DNA of 64,000 bases from positions 9,273 to 73,272 of the forward strand of contig CAIKAH010000021.1 in NCBI GenBank assembly GCA_903825355.1, read 5' to 3'. The notes beneath the pieces were generated by a model. It had not been told where the DNA came from. It did not search any database and saw nothing but the letters and a program-made list of their open reading frames with translations. Both the position numbers and the translations under genes were made by a program. Position 1 is the first letter of the stretch, and each line of letters starts with the position of its first letter. Shown here one piece after another: positions 1 to 8,952 of this stretch. This DNA comes from an uncultured bacterium. Lineage in GTDB: Bacteria > Babelota > Babeliae > Babelales > RVW-14.

Positions 1-1559
1 TTTTTCCAGGCAGAATCTGTTTGCGACCGGGCTACCCCTCGCTGGAAAAGTCTCTGTTTGGCAGGGTCGCTGTCGCTGACCGAAAGGGTGTCTGGTTCAT
101 GCATGGTATAGCAGTAATCAGCGTACAGAGAAAGCCCATCAACAAATTCTTCTGCTTTGAGGGAGGCGTTCATATACCAGGTGACCCCTGGCTCACGGCG
201 TACACTGCCTGCCGTCCAGGGAATAAGGCCTTGTTGCATATCGCTTGAAGGGAAGCGTCGGTTGGCTTGGGTGTCGGCAGTAGACATAAGCGCGCCGCCA
301 CCAAAGCTAACCCCAATCGTCTCTTTGCCTGCTTTAGGCAGTACTGGGAAATCAAGGCCGATTGAGAAATCAGCGGTAAGGCCAAACGTATTGCTTTGGT
401 TGCTTACCGGGATGGCAAAGGCATTATTGGAATCGAATTTTTCTGAAAGTGGAATCCAGCCGCCAAAAGCAAAGTATGGGATGAGCGTTACCGCTGTGTC
501 ACCAGTTTTGTCTTTGCAAGGCACTGCTCTATGCCAGTACACTTGGATGTGTAAGTCTTCAGGCGAGGTTTTATGAAACATACGCGTGTTGTAATTCAGC
601 TCATCGCCAATATCGCCAATCGAGTCAGCAGAAAAGAGCTGGCCATAGAGGGCAATGGCGTCAGCCTGCGCGACTGGGTTAGTAGTATAAGTAGGGGTAC
701 CTGCGTCAGCGTCAGCAGCCACAACGCTTGAGAATTCTGGGATGCCGCTTGCAACTAAATCTTTTTGTAGCCGATAGTCGTAGATAAAACTTCGTGGTTT
801 GTTTTTGATGTCGACAGCACCGCCGCGAATTGAAACCCCAACACCGGCCGCTAAATCGATATTCAGTTGTGTACGTACCCCGATTTTTTCATAACTAGTA
901 GGCATTGAAACGTTGCCAAAAATAGGTTCAAGGTCTTCAAATCGATTAGCAAATGTTATATCGCCTTCTATGCCTCCTTGGTATGGAGTTGTAGCGTCGC
1001 GGGTACCAATGCGGTAGGGAGAGACGGCAGTGCCATAAACAGGATCTGGGGGGGTAGTTAGGCCGCCTGCTCCTGTTGTAGGTGGATTGACTACGCCTGG
1101 CGTTACCCCGGGCATTCCAGGGCCTGCAGTACCATTAAGGGGAATCCTTCCCCAATCGGTCGAGTTAACAGAGGTTATGCTACCAACTGCACGTTGAGCG
1201 GCATGCATATTTTTGTAATTTGCATCATTGAATGTTTTGGGTGCTAAGGATGGGTTAGCACCTGCAGCTACTGCGTCGAAAAAGAGGCCAAAAAAGTTCC
1301 ATGCACCAAGGCGGTCGCCACCTGGAACTTTGGTTCCTGCTGCGTTGCGAGAGGTGCTAGCATGTTGGTAAAAAGGCGAGAGGTGAAATTTAAACTCAAT
1401 ACCGCTGCGTCCTTTGTACACTTTGTCCAGGCCAAAATGGTTGTAGATGGGCTGAGAATCAACCGGATTGTCGAGCGGAATAGCATCGAGAGCTGGCAGC
1501 AGTGCCAGGATGCCAATACTACATAAGAGGCGGCAAAAAAACGCCTTAATAAAAGTCAT
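1..1559 (-). CDS. putative outer-membrane beta-barrel/porin-like protein precursor (C-terminus lies beyond window start)
   Basis: Absent from the ORF track because no stop lies inside the window. Hand translation of the minus strand shows ATG at 1559 (AAGGAG 8 nt upstream) opening a frame with no stop down to base 3 (>=519 codons). The N-terminus MTFIKAFFCRLLCSIGILALLPALDA is a Sec signal peptide. The body is Gly/Thr/Asn/aromatic-rich with a Gly-Pro-Thr loop (GPGMPGVTPGVVNPPTTGAGGLTTPPDP). Family not identified. Confidence 0.6.
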   Translation of the reverse strand, partial: MTFIKAFFCRLLCSIGILALLPALDAIPLDNPVDSQPIYNHFGLDKVYKGRSGIEFKFHLSPFYQHASTSRNAAGTKVPGGDRLGAWNFFGLFFDAVAAGANPSLAPKTFNDANYKNMHAAQRAVGSITSVNSTDWGRIPLNGTAGPGMPGVTPGVVNPPTTGAGGLTTPPDPVYGTAVSPYRIGTRDATTPYQGGIEGDITFANRFEDLEPIFGNVSMPTSYEKIGVRTQLNIDLAAGVGVSIRGGAVDIKNKPRSFIYDYRLQKDLVASGIPEFSSVVAADADAGTPTYTTNPVAQADAIALYGQLFSADSIGDIGDELNYNTRMFHKTSPEDLHIQVYWHRAVPCKDKTGDTAVTLIPYFAFGGWIPLSEKFDSNNAFAIPVSNQSNTFGLTADFSIGLDFPVLPKAGKETIGVSFGGGALMSTADTQANRRFPSSDMQQGLIPWTAGSVRREPGVTWYMNASLKAEEFVDGLSLYADYCYTMHEPDTLSVSDSDPAKQRLFQRGVARSQTDSAWK

Positions 1560-1674
1560 GTACAAATCTCCTTAATTCATGCAATAAAAATACAAATGTG
1601 TTATACCACTCTGCAATTAAGCTGGTCAAGAAACCCGCGTATTGTAAAAACTCATTAAAACTAATACGGTAATT

Positions 1675-3048
1675 ATGCTAAAAACATCGCTCTTTATTTT
1701 TCGTCGGGATTTACGCCTTGCTGACAATACCGGATTGATTGCTGCGCTTGAGCAGTCAGCGCAGGTTATTCCTTGTTTTATCTTCGACCCTCTGCAAGTT
1801 TCAGATAACAATAAATACAAAAGTGCTAATGCTCTGCAATTTATGCTTGAATCATTAGATGATTTAGCTGAACAATTAGCTGCTCGGGGCGGTAAATTGC
1901 ATCTATTTTATGGTGAGCCGGCAGATGTCCTCGGTATGCTAATTAAAGAAGAAAAAGTGGATGCTGTATTTGTGAATCATGATTATACGCCCTATAGCAT
2001 TAAGCGTGATAAAACATTAGCTAGCGTTTGCAAAAAAAATGATGTTGCTTTTAACGCTTATCATGATGCCTTGCTCAATAAGCCAGAAGCAGCACTTAAG
2101 CATGATGGTACACCGTACAGTGTGTTTACGCCATACTTTAAAAATGCACTAACTATTCCTGTTGCAGCTTCACGCCTCAATAAGCATGCTAACTATAAAA
2201 CGCTGACACATGAACGCACAGCTGCTAAAGATATTTTGCCTGATCGGAATGAAAACATTTTTGTGCAAGGCGGGCGCTCGCAGGGTAAAAAAATTCTAGC
2301 TCGGCTTGATGCTTATAAAAAATATGAACATGAGCGTGACTTTCCTGCGCTTGAAGCAACAACCGGTCTTTCTGCTCATCTTAAATTTGGTACGTGTTCT
2401 GTGCGTGAAATCTATGAAGCAGTTATTCAGAAATTAGGAAGAGCTCATCCGCTTATTCGGCAGTTGTATTGGCGAGATTTTTTCACTCATGTTGCATTTA
2501 ATAATCAACATGTTTTTGGTCATGCTTTTAATCAGCAATATGAATATATTCAATGGGATAATGATGTACATAAATTTAATCGTTGGTGTACGGGGAGCAC
2601 TGGATTTCCGATTGTTGATGCAGGTATGCGGCAATTGAATGCGACTGGTTGGATGCATAACCGTGTTCGTATGATTGTTGCCTCTTTTTTGGTAAAAGAT
2701 TTATTGATTGATTGGCGTTGGGGAGAGCAGTATTTTGCTACTAAATTGGTTGATTATGACCCTGCAGTGAACAATGGCAATTGGCAGTGGGCTGCTTCAA
2801 CAGGGTGTGACGCACAGCCCTATTTTCGCATTTTTAACCCATGGCTGCAGCAAAAAAAATTTGATCCTGATTGCAAATATATTAAGCATTGGATACCAGA
2901 ATTAGCACATGTTTTGCCTACTCATATTCATGAATGGGTCAAAATATCAGCGCTGTCTAATAGTCCGTATCCAAGGCCAATAGTTGATCATTCCTTGGTA
3001 AGTAAACAAGCAATTTGTTTGTTTAAAGGTCTTGCTAAGCATGCTTGA
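1675..3048 (+). CDS. phrB: deoxyribodipyrimidine photolyase (class I CPD photolyase/cryptochrome family)
   Basis: 457-aa ORF. N-terminal FRRDLRLADN motif. C-terminal FAD-binding block TGFPIVDAGMRQLNATGWMHNRVRMIVASFLVKDL..DWRWGEQYF..DYDPAVNNGNWQWAASTGCDAQPYFRIFNP. Confidence 0.92.
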   Translation: MLKTSLFIFRRDLRLADNTGLIAALEQSAQVIPCFIFDPLQVSDNNKYKSANALQFMLESLDDLAEQLAARGGKLHLFYGEPADVLGMLIKEEKVDAVFVNHDYTPYSIKRDKTLASVCKKNDVAFNAYHDALLNKPEAALKHDGTPYSVFTPYFKNALTIPVAASRLNKHANYKTLTHERTAAKDILPDRNENIFVQGGRSQGKKILARLDAYKKYEHERDFPALEATTGLSAHLKFGTCSVREIYEAVIQKLGRAHPLIRQLYWRDFFTHVAFNNQHVFGHAFNQQYEYIQWDNDVHKFNRWCTGSTGFPIVDAGMRQLNATGWMHNRVRMIVASFLVKDLLIDWRWGEQYFATKLVDYDPAVNNGNWQWAASTGCDAQPYFRIFNPWLQQKKFDPDCKYIKHWIPELAHVLPTHIHEWVKISALSNSPYPRPIVDHSLVSKQAICLFKGLAKHA

Positions 3049-3165
3049 GCTATCTCGGTCGCTATATTTTTTCGGTGGTTTCAGTTACTATGCACAGGCA
3101 CATTGAAAAATGTTCTATTTAATTGGTGTGAATAAATAAAAATGCAGCAAGAAAGAGCATACATT

Positions 3166-3588
3166 ATGAATAAAAGTATTATACGTCTTTGTTTGGTGTT
3201 TTTATGCATGACAAATATGCATGCAGCAGTGCGTGATATTAATATCACGCTTAGAAACCACTTGGAAACAAGCAAAGCATCAATTAGCCTACTAGTAATG
3301 CCTGTAGATTCTACAGAAGTCGGGTCATTTATTGATCCATTGTTTAGCCTTGTTTTGAAAAAAAAAGTTGTTGATGTAGCCGAAGATCAACGCACCATAT
3401 CTCTTGTTGAGGGACAGCAAGTAGTTGCTATTTTCACTCTTTATTACACAGGCCAGAATGGTCGTCGCTGTGATAAACAAGTTCTTGTCTCTGATTTGTC
3501 CGATGATCAACTTGCAGGGATTGAAGTTGATATTCAACTTGCTGTTGTTGGTGAGGTTGAAATGAGTGTTGAACGGATTATGGATTAG
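3166..3588 (+). CDS. secreted hypothetical protein, tandem family A member 1
   Basis: ORF 3142..3588; the internal ATG at 3166 gives MNKSIIRLCLVFLCMTNMHA-AV, a signal peptide. The mature N-terminus DINITLRNHLE...ISLLV shares the h-x-h-h-x-N strand motif with the next four ORFs. Confidence 0.6.
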   Translation: MNKSIIRLCLVFLCMTNMHAAVRDINITLRNHLETSKASISLLVMPVDSTEVGSFIDPLFSLVLKKKVVDVAEDQRTISLVEGQQVVAIFTLYYTGQNGRRCDKQVLVSDLSDDQLAGIEVDIQLAVVGEVEMSVERIMD

Positions 3589-3716
3589 GGTGAAACGCTA
3601 GTTTCTTGTTTTTGTCTCTGCGGCCGAGCGTTTTTTCGTCTTTTCACAAGCATTGAATTTTTATTTTTGCTTACTTACTGTATCTAGATATAAAAATAGC
3701 CTAAAAAGGAGAAGCG

Positions 3717-4520
3717 ATGAAAAATCGTACAATCTATGCTGTGGTGGCGTTATTGCTGATGAATGTAACTGCTCAAGCTGCTGCCCCTGGTTCAAAGACG
3801 GTATGGTTGCTGCTTGCCAATAGAACAAATTATTCTATTAATTTTTCGCAGGGGAGGGGCACAGCGCAAGCAGAACGAGCGTTATTTAAGCTTGCGCCAG
3901 GTGATGCGCATTGTTTGGTTATTGAAGATGTGCAAGCATGTTCTCCTAACTTTGATTTGCGTGCTTCGCTGGAAGACGCTTGGAGTCAAGATGGTGGTAG
4001 GCGAGGGTTATTATTAGAAATGCCCAAGGAAGGGTTTTCTGCTGTAATGGGGCTTGTTTTTTGTAATGAAAAAAGCTCTGTTTCGCTGCAGGCTGGATAT
4101 ATTATCCAACACTATTTGTTTGATGCCTCCATGTGTGCGGCACTACTCGCTAAGCATAATTCTTTAGCATTGCTTCCTTCGCCACAAGATTATGGGTTTG
4201 ATGAAGAAGTGATTGATAATAAAGCTGATGGTCGTATCAATAATCACTTGATGGCTATTTTCTTAGGAATGGAATCTTGTTTTGCTTATGACAAAGAAAC
4301 TGCAGCTTCGTATTTGGTTGCAATGCCTGTAATGGAGGCTTTGCGAGTACCTTCTCTGCCAAGGCTTGCTTCTGCAGCATCTCATAAATCTCTGCCTTCG
4401 TCGCCCGCATCGTTAAGTGCGAAAATCCTCGATACAGAAGGATATGAATATATTGCTTATGATGATACTGATTGGTGTGACGTAAATACCGACAGCGATT
4501 TTTTCACAAAAGATGTGTAG
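3717..4520 (+). CDS. secreted hypothetical protein, family A member 2
   Basis: 267 aa with GGAG-type RBS (aaaggagaagcg ATG). Signal peptide MKNRTIYAVVALLLMNVTAQA-AA. Mature start TVWLLLANRTNYSINF. Acidic C-terminus. Confidence 0.65.
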   Translation: MKNRTIYAVVALLLMNVTAQAAAPGSKTVWLLLANRTNYSINFSQGRGTAQAERALFKLAPGDAHCLVIEDVQACSPNFDLRASLEDAWSQDGGRRGLLLEMPKEGFSAVMGLVFCNEKSSVSLQAGYIIQHYLFDASMCAALLAKHNSLALLPSPQDYGFDEEVIDNKADGRINNHLMAIFLGMESCFAYDKETAASYLVAMPVMEALRVPSLPRLASAASHKSLPSSPASLSAKILDTEGYEYIAYDDTDWCDVNTDSDFFTKDV

Positions 4521-4564
4521 TTTTTGTTGAGTTTTTCCTTTTTCTCAACTTGGAACAGGTTTAA

Positions 4565-4696
4565 TAGTCGCTCCTGGTGAGCTTGTCGAACCACGCCCCG
4601 GCGGGGTGGCAGAGCGACACAAAAAGATTTTAGGTCCCGCTTTTCCACGTCCTGCGGACGCGTCCTTCGACGAGCTCAGGAAGAGCGGGAAGAGTC
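4565..4696. repeat. palindromic intergenic repeat element, copy A (full length, MITE/REP-like)
   Basis: Left arm TAGTCGCTCCTGGTGAGCTTGTCGAA (4565-4590) is an imperfect inverted copy of right arm TTCGACGAGCTCAGGAAGAGCGGGAAGAGTC (4666-4696). Internal GC-rich hairpins are CCCCGGCGGGG and CGTCCTGCGGACG. Related copies lie at 6851-6902 and 35733-35790. Confidence 0.7.
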
Positions 4697-4751
4697 AAAG
4701 CAATTGAAAAAGCTTATAAATTTTTGAAAACTCAACGGAGCCTAATGCACT

Positions 4752-5192
4752 ATGCATAAGTTATCTATGGTTAGTTTTATTTTATTATTGATTGGCGGGT
4801 GTTTTTCTCTTCAAGCACAGCGTGTTGAGATTGGTATTCGAAATTGTTTTGATACGGACATCTATGTAACTTATCGGAGCGGTCCTCTATCAGACCGATT
4901 ATGTGTGAAGCGAATTGCGCCTCACCGCAAACAGCTTATTCACTTAAGGCTGCTTGATGATGAGCCTCTCCCCGATGCTTTATGTGCATTATTGATTGAT
5001 TTTAAAATTTCTTCTGGCAGCCTAAGCTGGTTTCTTACAGAAGAGGTGAAGTCATTGATTCAACGTTCCGCTGATGGTTGGAATGGGTTTGCATTCTATG
5101 TTTCGCCTGCGCATGATGTGGGTATAAGTGTTAATTGCATTAGATACCCTGCGCCTGTAAAGAAAAAGCGTGTACGGTTTGCTACGGTATAA
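4752..5192 (+). CDS. secreted hypothetical protein (possible lipoprotein), family A member 3
   Basis: 146 aa. N-terminus MHKLSMVSFILLLIGGCFSLQA is a signal peptide with a possible LIGG-C lipobox. Mature start RVEIGIRNCFDTDIYVTY. Confidence 0.6.
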   Translation: MHKLSMVSFILLLIGGCFSLQAQRVEIGIRNCFDTDIYVTYRSGPLSDRLCVKRIAPHRKQLIHLRLLDDEPLPDALCALLIDFKISSGSLSWFLTEEVKSLIQRSADGWNGFAFYVSPAHDVGISVNCIRYPAPVKKKRVRFATV

Positions 5193-5289
5193 TGCGGTTC
5201 GTGAGTTAGTAATAGAAGAGAAGTTTGAAATAATCAAAAAATAAGTTTCACCACCGTTATGGATAATAAATAAGGACAATATAATCAAC

Positions 5290-5943
5290 ATGAAGAGCAT
5301 AAAGAACTATTTTGCTGTATTACTACTTTGCTTGCTCAGTACTTTCGATAGTCTCTCGCCAGCAGTTTTGCATGATGCTTCTTGTTTGGTTGTAAATTGG
5401 AGCAATGAAAAAGTTGATTTAGAATCAGAGGGATATGCTCTTGACGCAAATGAATGCTCTTTCGTGTATCCGGTTACAGATAGTACGGATTTTTGTGTGA
5501 GAGCAGTTATAGGCGACCAAAATATACATATGCTTGTACCATTAGCTAGCTCTGGTGTTGTTACGGTTGTTTTTGCTTATGATGATACAAGCAAGGTGCG
5601 AGCTTATTACCACAAAAAGATATCATTTGAAGATTTTGTGGCTGCTATGGTAGCACAAGAAGAGAGGCGCTATGGTCCACCAACCGAAAGAGGGGTAGAT
5701 GGGATTGCTTTAATGACGATGATTGCTAAGCGCTCTGGATTAGAATCTTTCTTTGCGGGGAAATGCGTTTGTGATCAAATTATTAAATCAGGAGCTGATT
5801 CTCTTTTGTCTGTTATTAAAGAAAATTTTGTAATTATTGAGGGTAAGTTTGTATTTAGGCCATTGGATGTTGGCACGGGCCGTCAGCGGTGCTTTCAGCT
5901 ACATGAAACAGCAGTTTATCCTCTAGATGCTGCTATTGAATAA
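5290..5943 (+). CDS. secreted hypothetical protein, family A member 4
   Basis: 217 aa. Signal peptide MKSIKNYFAVLLLCLLSTFDSLS. Mature start ASCLVVNWSNEKVDLE. Confidence 0.6.
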   Translation: MKSIKNYFAVLLLCLLSTFDSLSPAVLHDASCLVVNWSNEKVDLESEGYALDANECSFVYPVTDSTDFCVRAVIGDQNIHMLVPLASSGVVTVVFAYDDTSKVRAYYHKKISFEDFVAAMVAQEERRYGPPTERGVDGIALMTMIAKRSGLESFFAGKCVCDQIIKSGADSLLSVIKENFVIIEGKFVFRPLDVGTGRQRCFQLHETAVYPLDAAIE

Positions 5944-6069
5944 GTAATCTCTATTCTGCGTATATATTTTTGGCATATGCTAAAATCTTATGTAAATCGT
6001 TATAGACAAAGAGCTAAAAAATAATAGCCTGTAACGAGGTAGTAAGATTATTTAGGAGAAAGGATTTAC

Positions 6070-6822
6070 ATGTTCTTACAAAGAAAATATGTGGCAGCAG
6101 GAGTTGCTCTCGTGTTGATGAGCATAAGCTATCTGAGAGCAGCGGAGGCTGTCAATATGCCCAAGTTGTGCGTATTGTTTTTTAATCACCAAGCCGGTAC
6201 GGTGACGGTAAAAAATTTAAGTTCGGCAACAGCAGTCTTAGGGGAAAGTGTTTTGGCTTGGAGGAATGAGCCACTGGCACTTACTCGGGCAGCTGCATTT
6301 GAGCAGCTCTTTTATTGTGGAGAGCAAATAATAGCATTTTGCTTGCAGGGCCTTAAAGGAAGAGCTAAAGGGGAAAAAGCGCTTTATGCTTATCGTTTAA
6401 CACCAGCCGATACAAAGCTCTTTGTTACCATTAAAGAGTCAGGTGAGGTTGAGGCTACGGTAAATGGGGCTGAGAAAGGTGAATACGTAATGTTGCCGAA
6501 TATGCATTCAGCAGAAGAGTGGCCTTTTCGTACTCCTTCTGTTGTGCGGAATGATGAAGCTCTTATTTCTAGAGAAGATTGGCTAGAAATGGATGAGATT
6601 GGTGGGGGGGCAGCGTCTTCAAGAGAGGAGGGTGCTGAGACAGGCGAACGGGGTGATGTTCCTGTGTCGGCGGAGCAAGCAGTTGCTGAAGAAAGCCGAC
6701 CTGATTTGACGGTTGCGAGCAGTGATACAAGCAATACGGTTGTAGTTGCTTCTGGAGAAACAGTGGTGGTACCACCGGTACAGTCAAAAGGGTGGTGGGC
6801 TTGGCTACTGCCCAATAAATAA
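6070..6822 (+). CDS. secreted hypothetical protein, family A member 5, with acidic low-complexity C-terminal half
   Basis: 250 aa with RBS aggagaaagg upstream. Signal peptide MFLQRKYVAAGVALVLMSISYLRA-AE. Mature start KLCVLFFNHQAGTVTVKN. The C-terminal half is E/G/S/V-rich. Confidence 0.65.
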   Translation: MFLQRKYVAAGVALVLMSISYLRAAEAVNMPKLCVLFFNHQAGTVTVKNLSSATAVLGESVLAWRNEPLALTRAAAFEQLFYCGEQIIAFCLQGLKGRAKGEKALYAYRLTPADTKLFVTIKESGEVEATVNGAEKGEYVMLPNMHSAEEWPFRTPSVVRNDEALISREDWLEMDEIGGGAASSREEGAETGERGDVPVSAEQAVAEESRPDLTVASSDTSNTVVVASGETVVVPPVQSKGWWAWLLPNK

Positions 6823-6850
6823 ATTTTTTTTACCTAGGTATTGAACTTAG

Positions 6851-6902
6851 TAGTCGCTCACCCTGAGCTTGTTGCAGGGCTCCCCGTGAGGGGTGGAAGA
6901 GC
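6851..6902. repeat. palindromic intergenic repeat element, copy B (half copy)
   Basis: TAGTCGCTCACCCTGAGCTTGTTGCAGGGCTCCCCGTGAGGGGTGGAAGAGC aligns with the left half of copy A (TAGTCGCTC..TGAGCTTGT...CCCCG..GGGGTGG.AGAGC). Confidence 0.65.
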
Positions 6903-6911
6903 TAATTTTTT

Positions 6912-6937
6912 AAGGGCGGCTAAGCCGCCCTTTTTTA
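6912..6937 (+). terminator. rho-independent terminator after family A array
   Basis: GGGCGGC-TAA-GCCGCCC stem-loop followed by TTTTTT. Confidence 0.8.
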
Positions 6938-6989
6938 TTGCATGAGTATCACGTGGTCGACTCGCCAAAAGCTTGCGACTAATACCACT

Positions 6990-7017
6990 TTTAAAGCATT
7001 GTTAAATACGGTATAAT
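6990..7017 (+). promoter_or_regulatory. candidate sigma70-type promoter for mnmG
   Basis: TTTAAA, a 16-nt spacer, then TATAAT (7012-7017), about 50 nt upstream of the mnmG ATG. Sequence match only. Confidence 0.3.
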
Positions 7018-7065
7018 CTGTACGGGGTTAGCATTTCAAACCAAATCGATTGTACCGTAGAAACC

Positions 7066-8931
7066 ATGAATACCACCTTTGATGTCATTGTCGTTGGCGG
7101 CGGGCACGCCGGAATAGAGGCTGCATATGCAGCAGCTCGTATGGGGAGCAAAACCTTACTACTTACGCTTGATGAGCAAAAAGTCGCTTCCATGCCATGC
7201 AACCCATCTGTGGGAGGCCTAGGCAAAGGGCACATGGTCTTTGAAGTGGCGGCGTTTGGCGGGCTAATGCCACGTTTGTGTTCTAAAACATACCTGCAGG
7301 CACGTATGCTCAATACGAGCAAGGGCCCCGCTGTGCAGGGCTTAAGGCTACAAATTGACAAATACGCTTATAACAAGCTAGCAGTAGAAATGCTGCAGCA
7401 AACACCTAACTTGACGGTTTTTTCTGCCATGACGATGGCGGTGTTATGGCGCGAAAAAGAGGGCAAGCGCTCTATCACCGGAGTAAAGACTGCTGACGGC
7501 ACAATCTATTATGCTCCAGCAGTAGTCATTACAACCGGTACGTTTATGCGTGGACTTGTGCATGTTGGTCGCACCCGTTATCGTGCTGGTCGTCGTGGTG
7601 AAGATGCTGTATATGGCCTTTCAGATACCATAGCCGAGGCAATGCAAGTACCGCTCGGCCGCTTGAAAACCGGCACGCCACCAAGGCTCATTCGTGAAAG
7701 CCTGGACTTTACGCAATTTGAGCGGCAAGAAAGCGAGCCATTGCACTTTTTATATGAATTTGATGAGCACGTAGTTGAAGAAAAAATACCCTGCTACATT
7801 GCCTATACCAATGAAAAAACACATGAGATTATCAGTAGTAATCTCCATCTTTCAGCACTCTATAGTGGCAATATTAAAGGGACTGGCCCACGCTACTGCC
7901 CTTCAATTGAAGATAAAGTAGGCCGCTATCCAGATCGGCCATCGCACCACGTGTTCATTGAACCAGAAGGCGCTGACAGTAATGAAATTTATCCTGCTGG
8001 ACTTTCCACCTCGTTGCCGCTTGAGGTGCAATTAGCCTATATTCGCTCAATCAAGGGCATGGAAAATGCTGAAATCGCTAAATGTGGCTATGCAATTGAG
8101 TATGATTTCATACAACCAACCAACCTGAGCCATACGCTTGAAGCAAAAACCGTTGAAGGATTATTTCTTGCTGGCCAAATCAATGGTACCACGGGCTATG
8201 AAGAAGCTGCAGGGCAAGGAATGCTTGCCGGTATTAACGCTGCATTGCGCGCTGCAGCTAAGCCACCCTTTATCTTAAGTAGGCAAGAAAGTTACATAGG
8301 TGTTATGGTTGACGACCTTGTTACGCTGGGAGCAGATGAACCATATCGCATGTTTACTTCGCGTGCTGAGCGTCGTTTGATCTTGCGTCAAGATAACGTT
8401 TTTCTCCGTTTAATGCCGCATGCACGTGATCTAGGGTTGATTGACGATGAGCAATGGCAAAAATTTCTAGATGAAAAAGCGGTTATTCAAGCAAGCGTAG
8501 GTTATACCCAAGGGCATGGCAACCAGACTGAGCTTTTTAAAGCGCTGCATTGTGTAGTGTTTGGCGCAGGCGAGCAACAAGCTGCTCGGGCGCTGCTAGA
8601 GCCTCGTCTTGCAGCTGATGGGTTGCCTGTTAAAGCGCTTTCAAGTAGAGCATTATTAAGTGTGCATGCCGAAGTAAAATATGCTGGCTATTTGCATAAA
8701 GAGCAAATGGAGACCGAAAAAGCAGCGCGTTATCAGCAACTTGTGATTCCAGCAAGCTTTGATTATGCACAGCTTCCGGGGCTGAGTAATGAACTTGCAC
8801 AAAAATTACGCCACTATGGGCCTAAAAATATTGCGCAGGCACAACTAATTCCGGGTATGACTCCTGCTGCCATATCTATTCTTATTTTTCAGTTGCGAAT
8901 GCAGATGGATTCTACTCCCTGCGAATTCTAA
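7066..8931 (+). CDS. mnmG: tRNA uridine 5-carboxymethylaminomethyl modification enzyme MnmG (GidA)
   Basis: 621 aa. N-terminal FAD fold FDVIVVGGGHAGIEAAYAAARMG. Family blocks PCNPSVGG..KG, GPRYCPSIEDK, GTTGYEEAAGQG. Confidence 0.95.
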   Translation: MNTTFDVIVVGGGHAGIEAAYAAARMGSKTLLLTLDEQKVASMPCNPSVGGLGKGHMVFEVAAFGGLMPRLCSKTYLQARMLNTSKGPAVQGLRLQIDKYAYNKLAVEMLQQTPNLTVFSAMTMAVLWREKEGKRSITGVKTADGTIYYAPAVVITTGTFMRGLVHVGRTRYRAGRRGEDAVYGLSDTIAEAMQVPLGRLKTGTPPRLIRESLDFTQFERQESEPLHFLYEFDEHVVEEKIPCYIAYTNEKTHEIISSNLHLSALYSGNIKGTGPRYCPSIEDKVGRYPDRPSHHVFIEPEGADSNEIYPAGLSTSLPLEVQLAYIRSIKGMENAEIAKCGYAIEYDFIQPTNLSHTLEAKTVEGLFLAGQINGTTGYEEAAGQGMLAGINAALRAAAKPPFILSRQESYIGVMVDDLVTLGADEPYRMFTSRAERRLILRQDNVFLRLMPHARDLGLIDDEQWQKFLDEKAVIQASVGYTQGHGNQTELFKALHCVVFGAGEQQAARALLEPRLAADGLPVKALSSRALLSVHAEVKYAGYLHKEQMETEKAARYQQLVIPASFDYAQLPGLSNELAQKLRHYGPKNIAQAQLIPGMTPAAISILIFQLRMQMDSTPCEF

Positions 8932-8952
8932 TATTACTTCTGATAGTTAAAT

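Noticed and set aside
21-576. Track ORFs 21..248(+), 157..576(+), 170..385(-) and 1268..1516(-)
   Set aside because: All lie inside, and out of frame with or antisense to, the continuous >=519-codon minus-strand OMP frame (1..1559) that I translated by hand. They are shadow ORFs with no RBS or recognisable features.
6390-6815. 141-aa and 72-aa minus-strand ORFs antisense to the 6070..6822 gene
   Set aside because: These are low-complexity shadows of the E/G/S/V-rich coding strand. The plus-strand ORF has an RBS, a signal peptide and the family motif.
3142-6940. Possibility that the five small co-oriented ORFs are integron gene cassettes, with the palindromic repeat acting as attC
   Set aside because: Only one of the four inter-ORF spacers carries the palindromic element. 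I could not find RYYYAAC/GTTRRRY core sites at its ends. No intI integrase or attI is nearby, and each ORF has its own RBS and likely promoter. Paralogous duplication is the better explanation.
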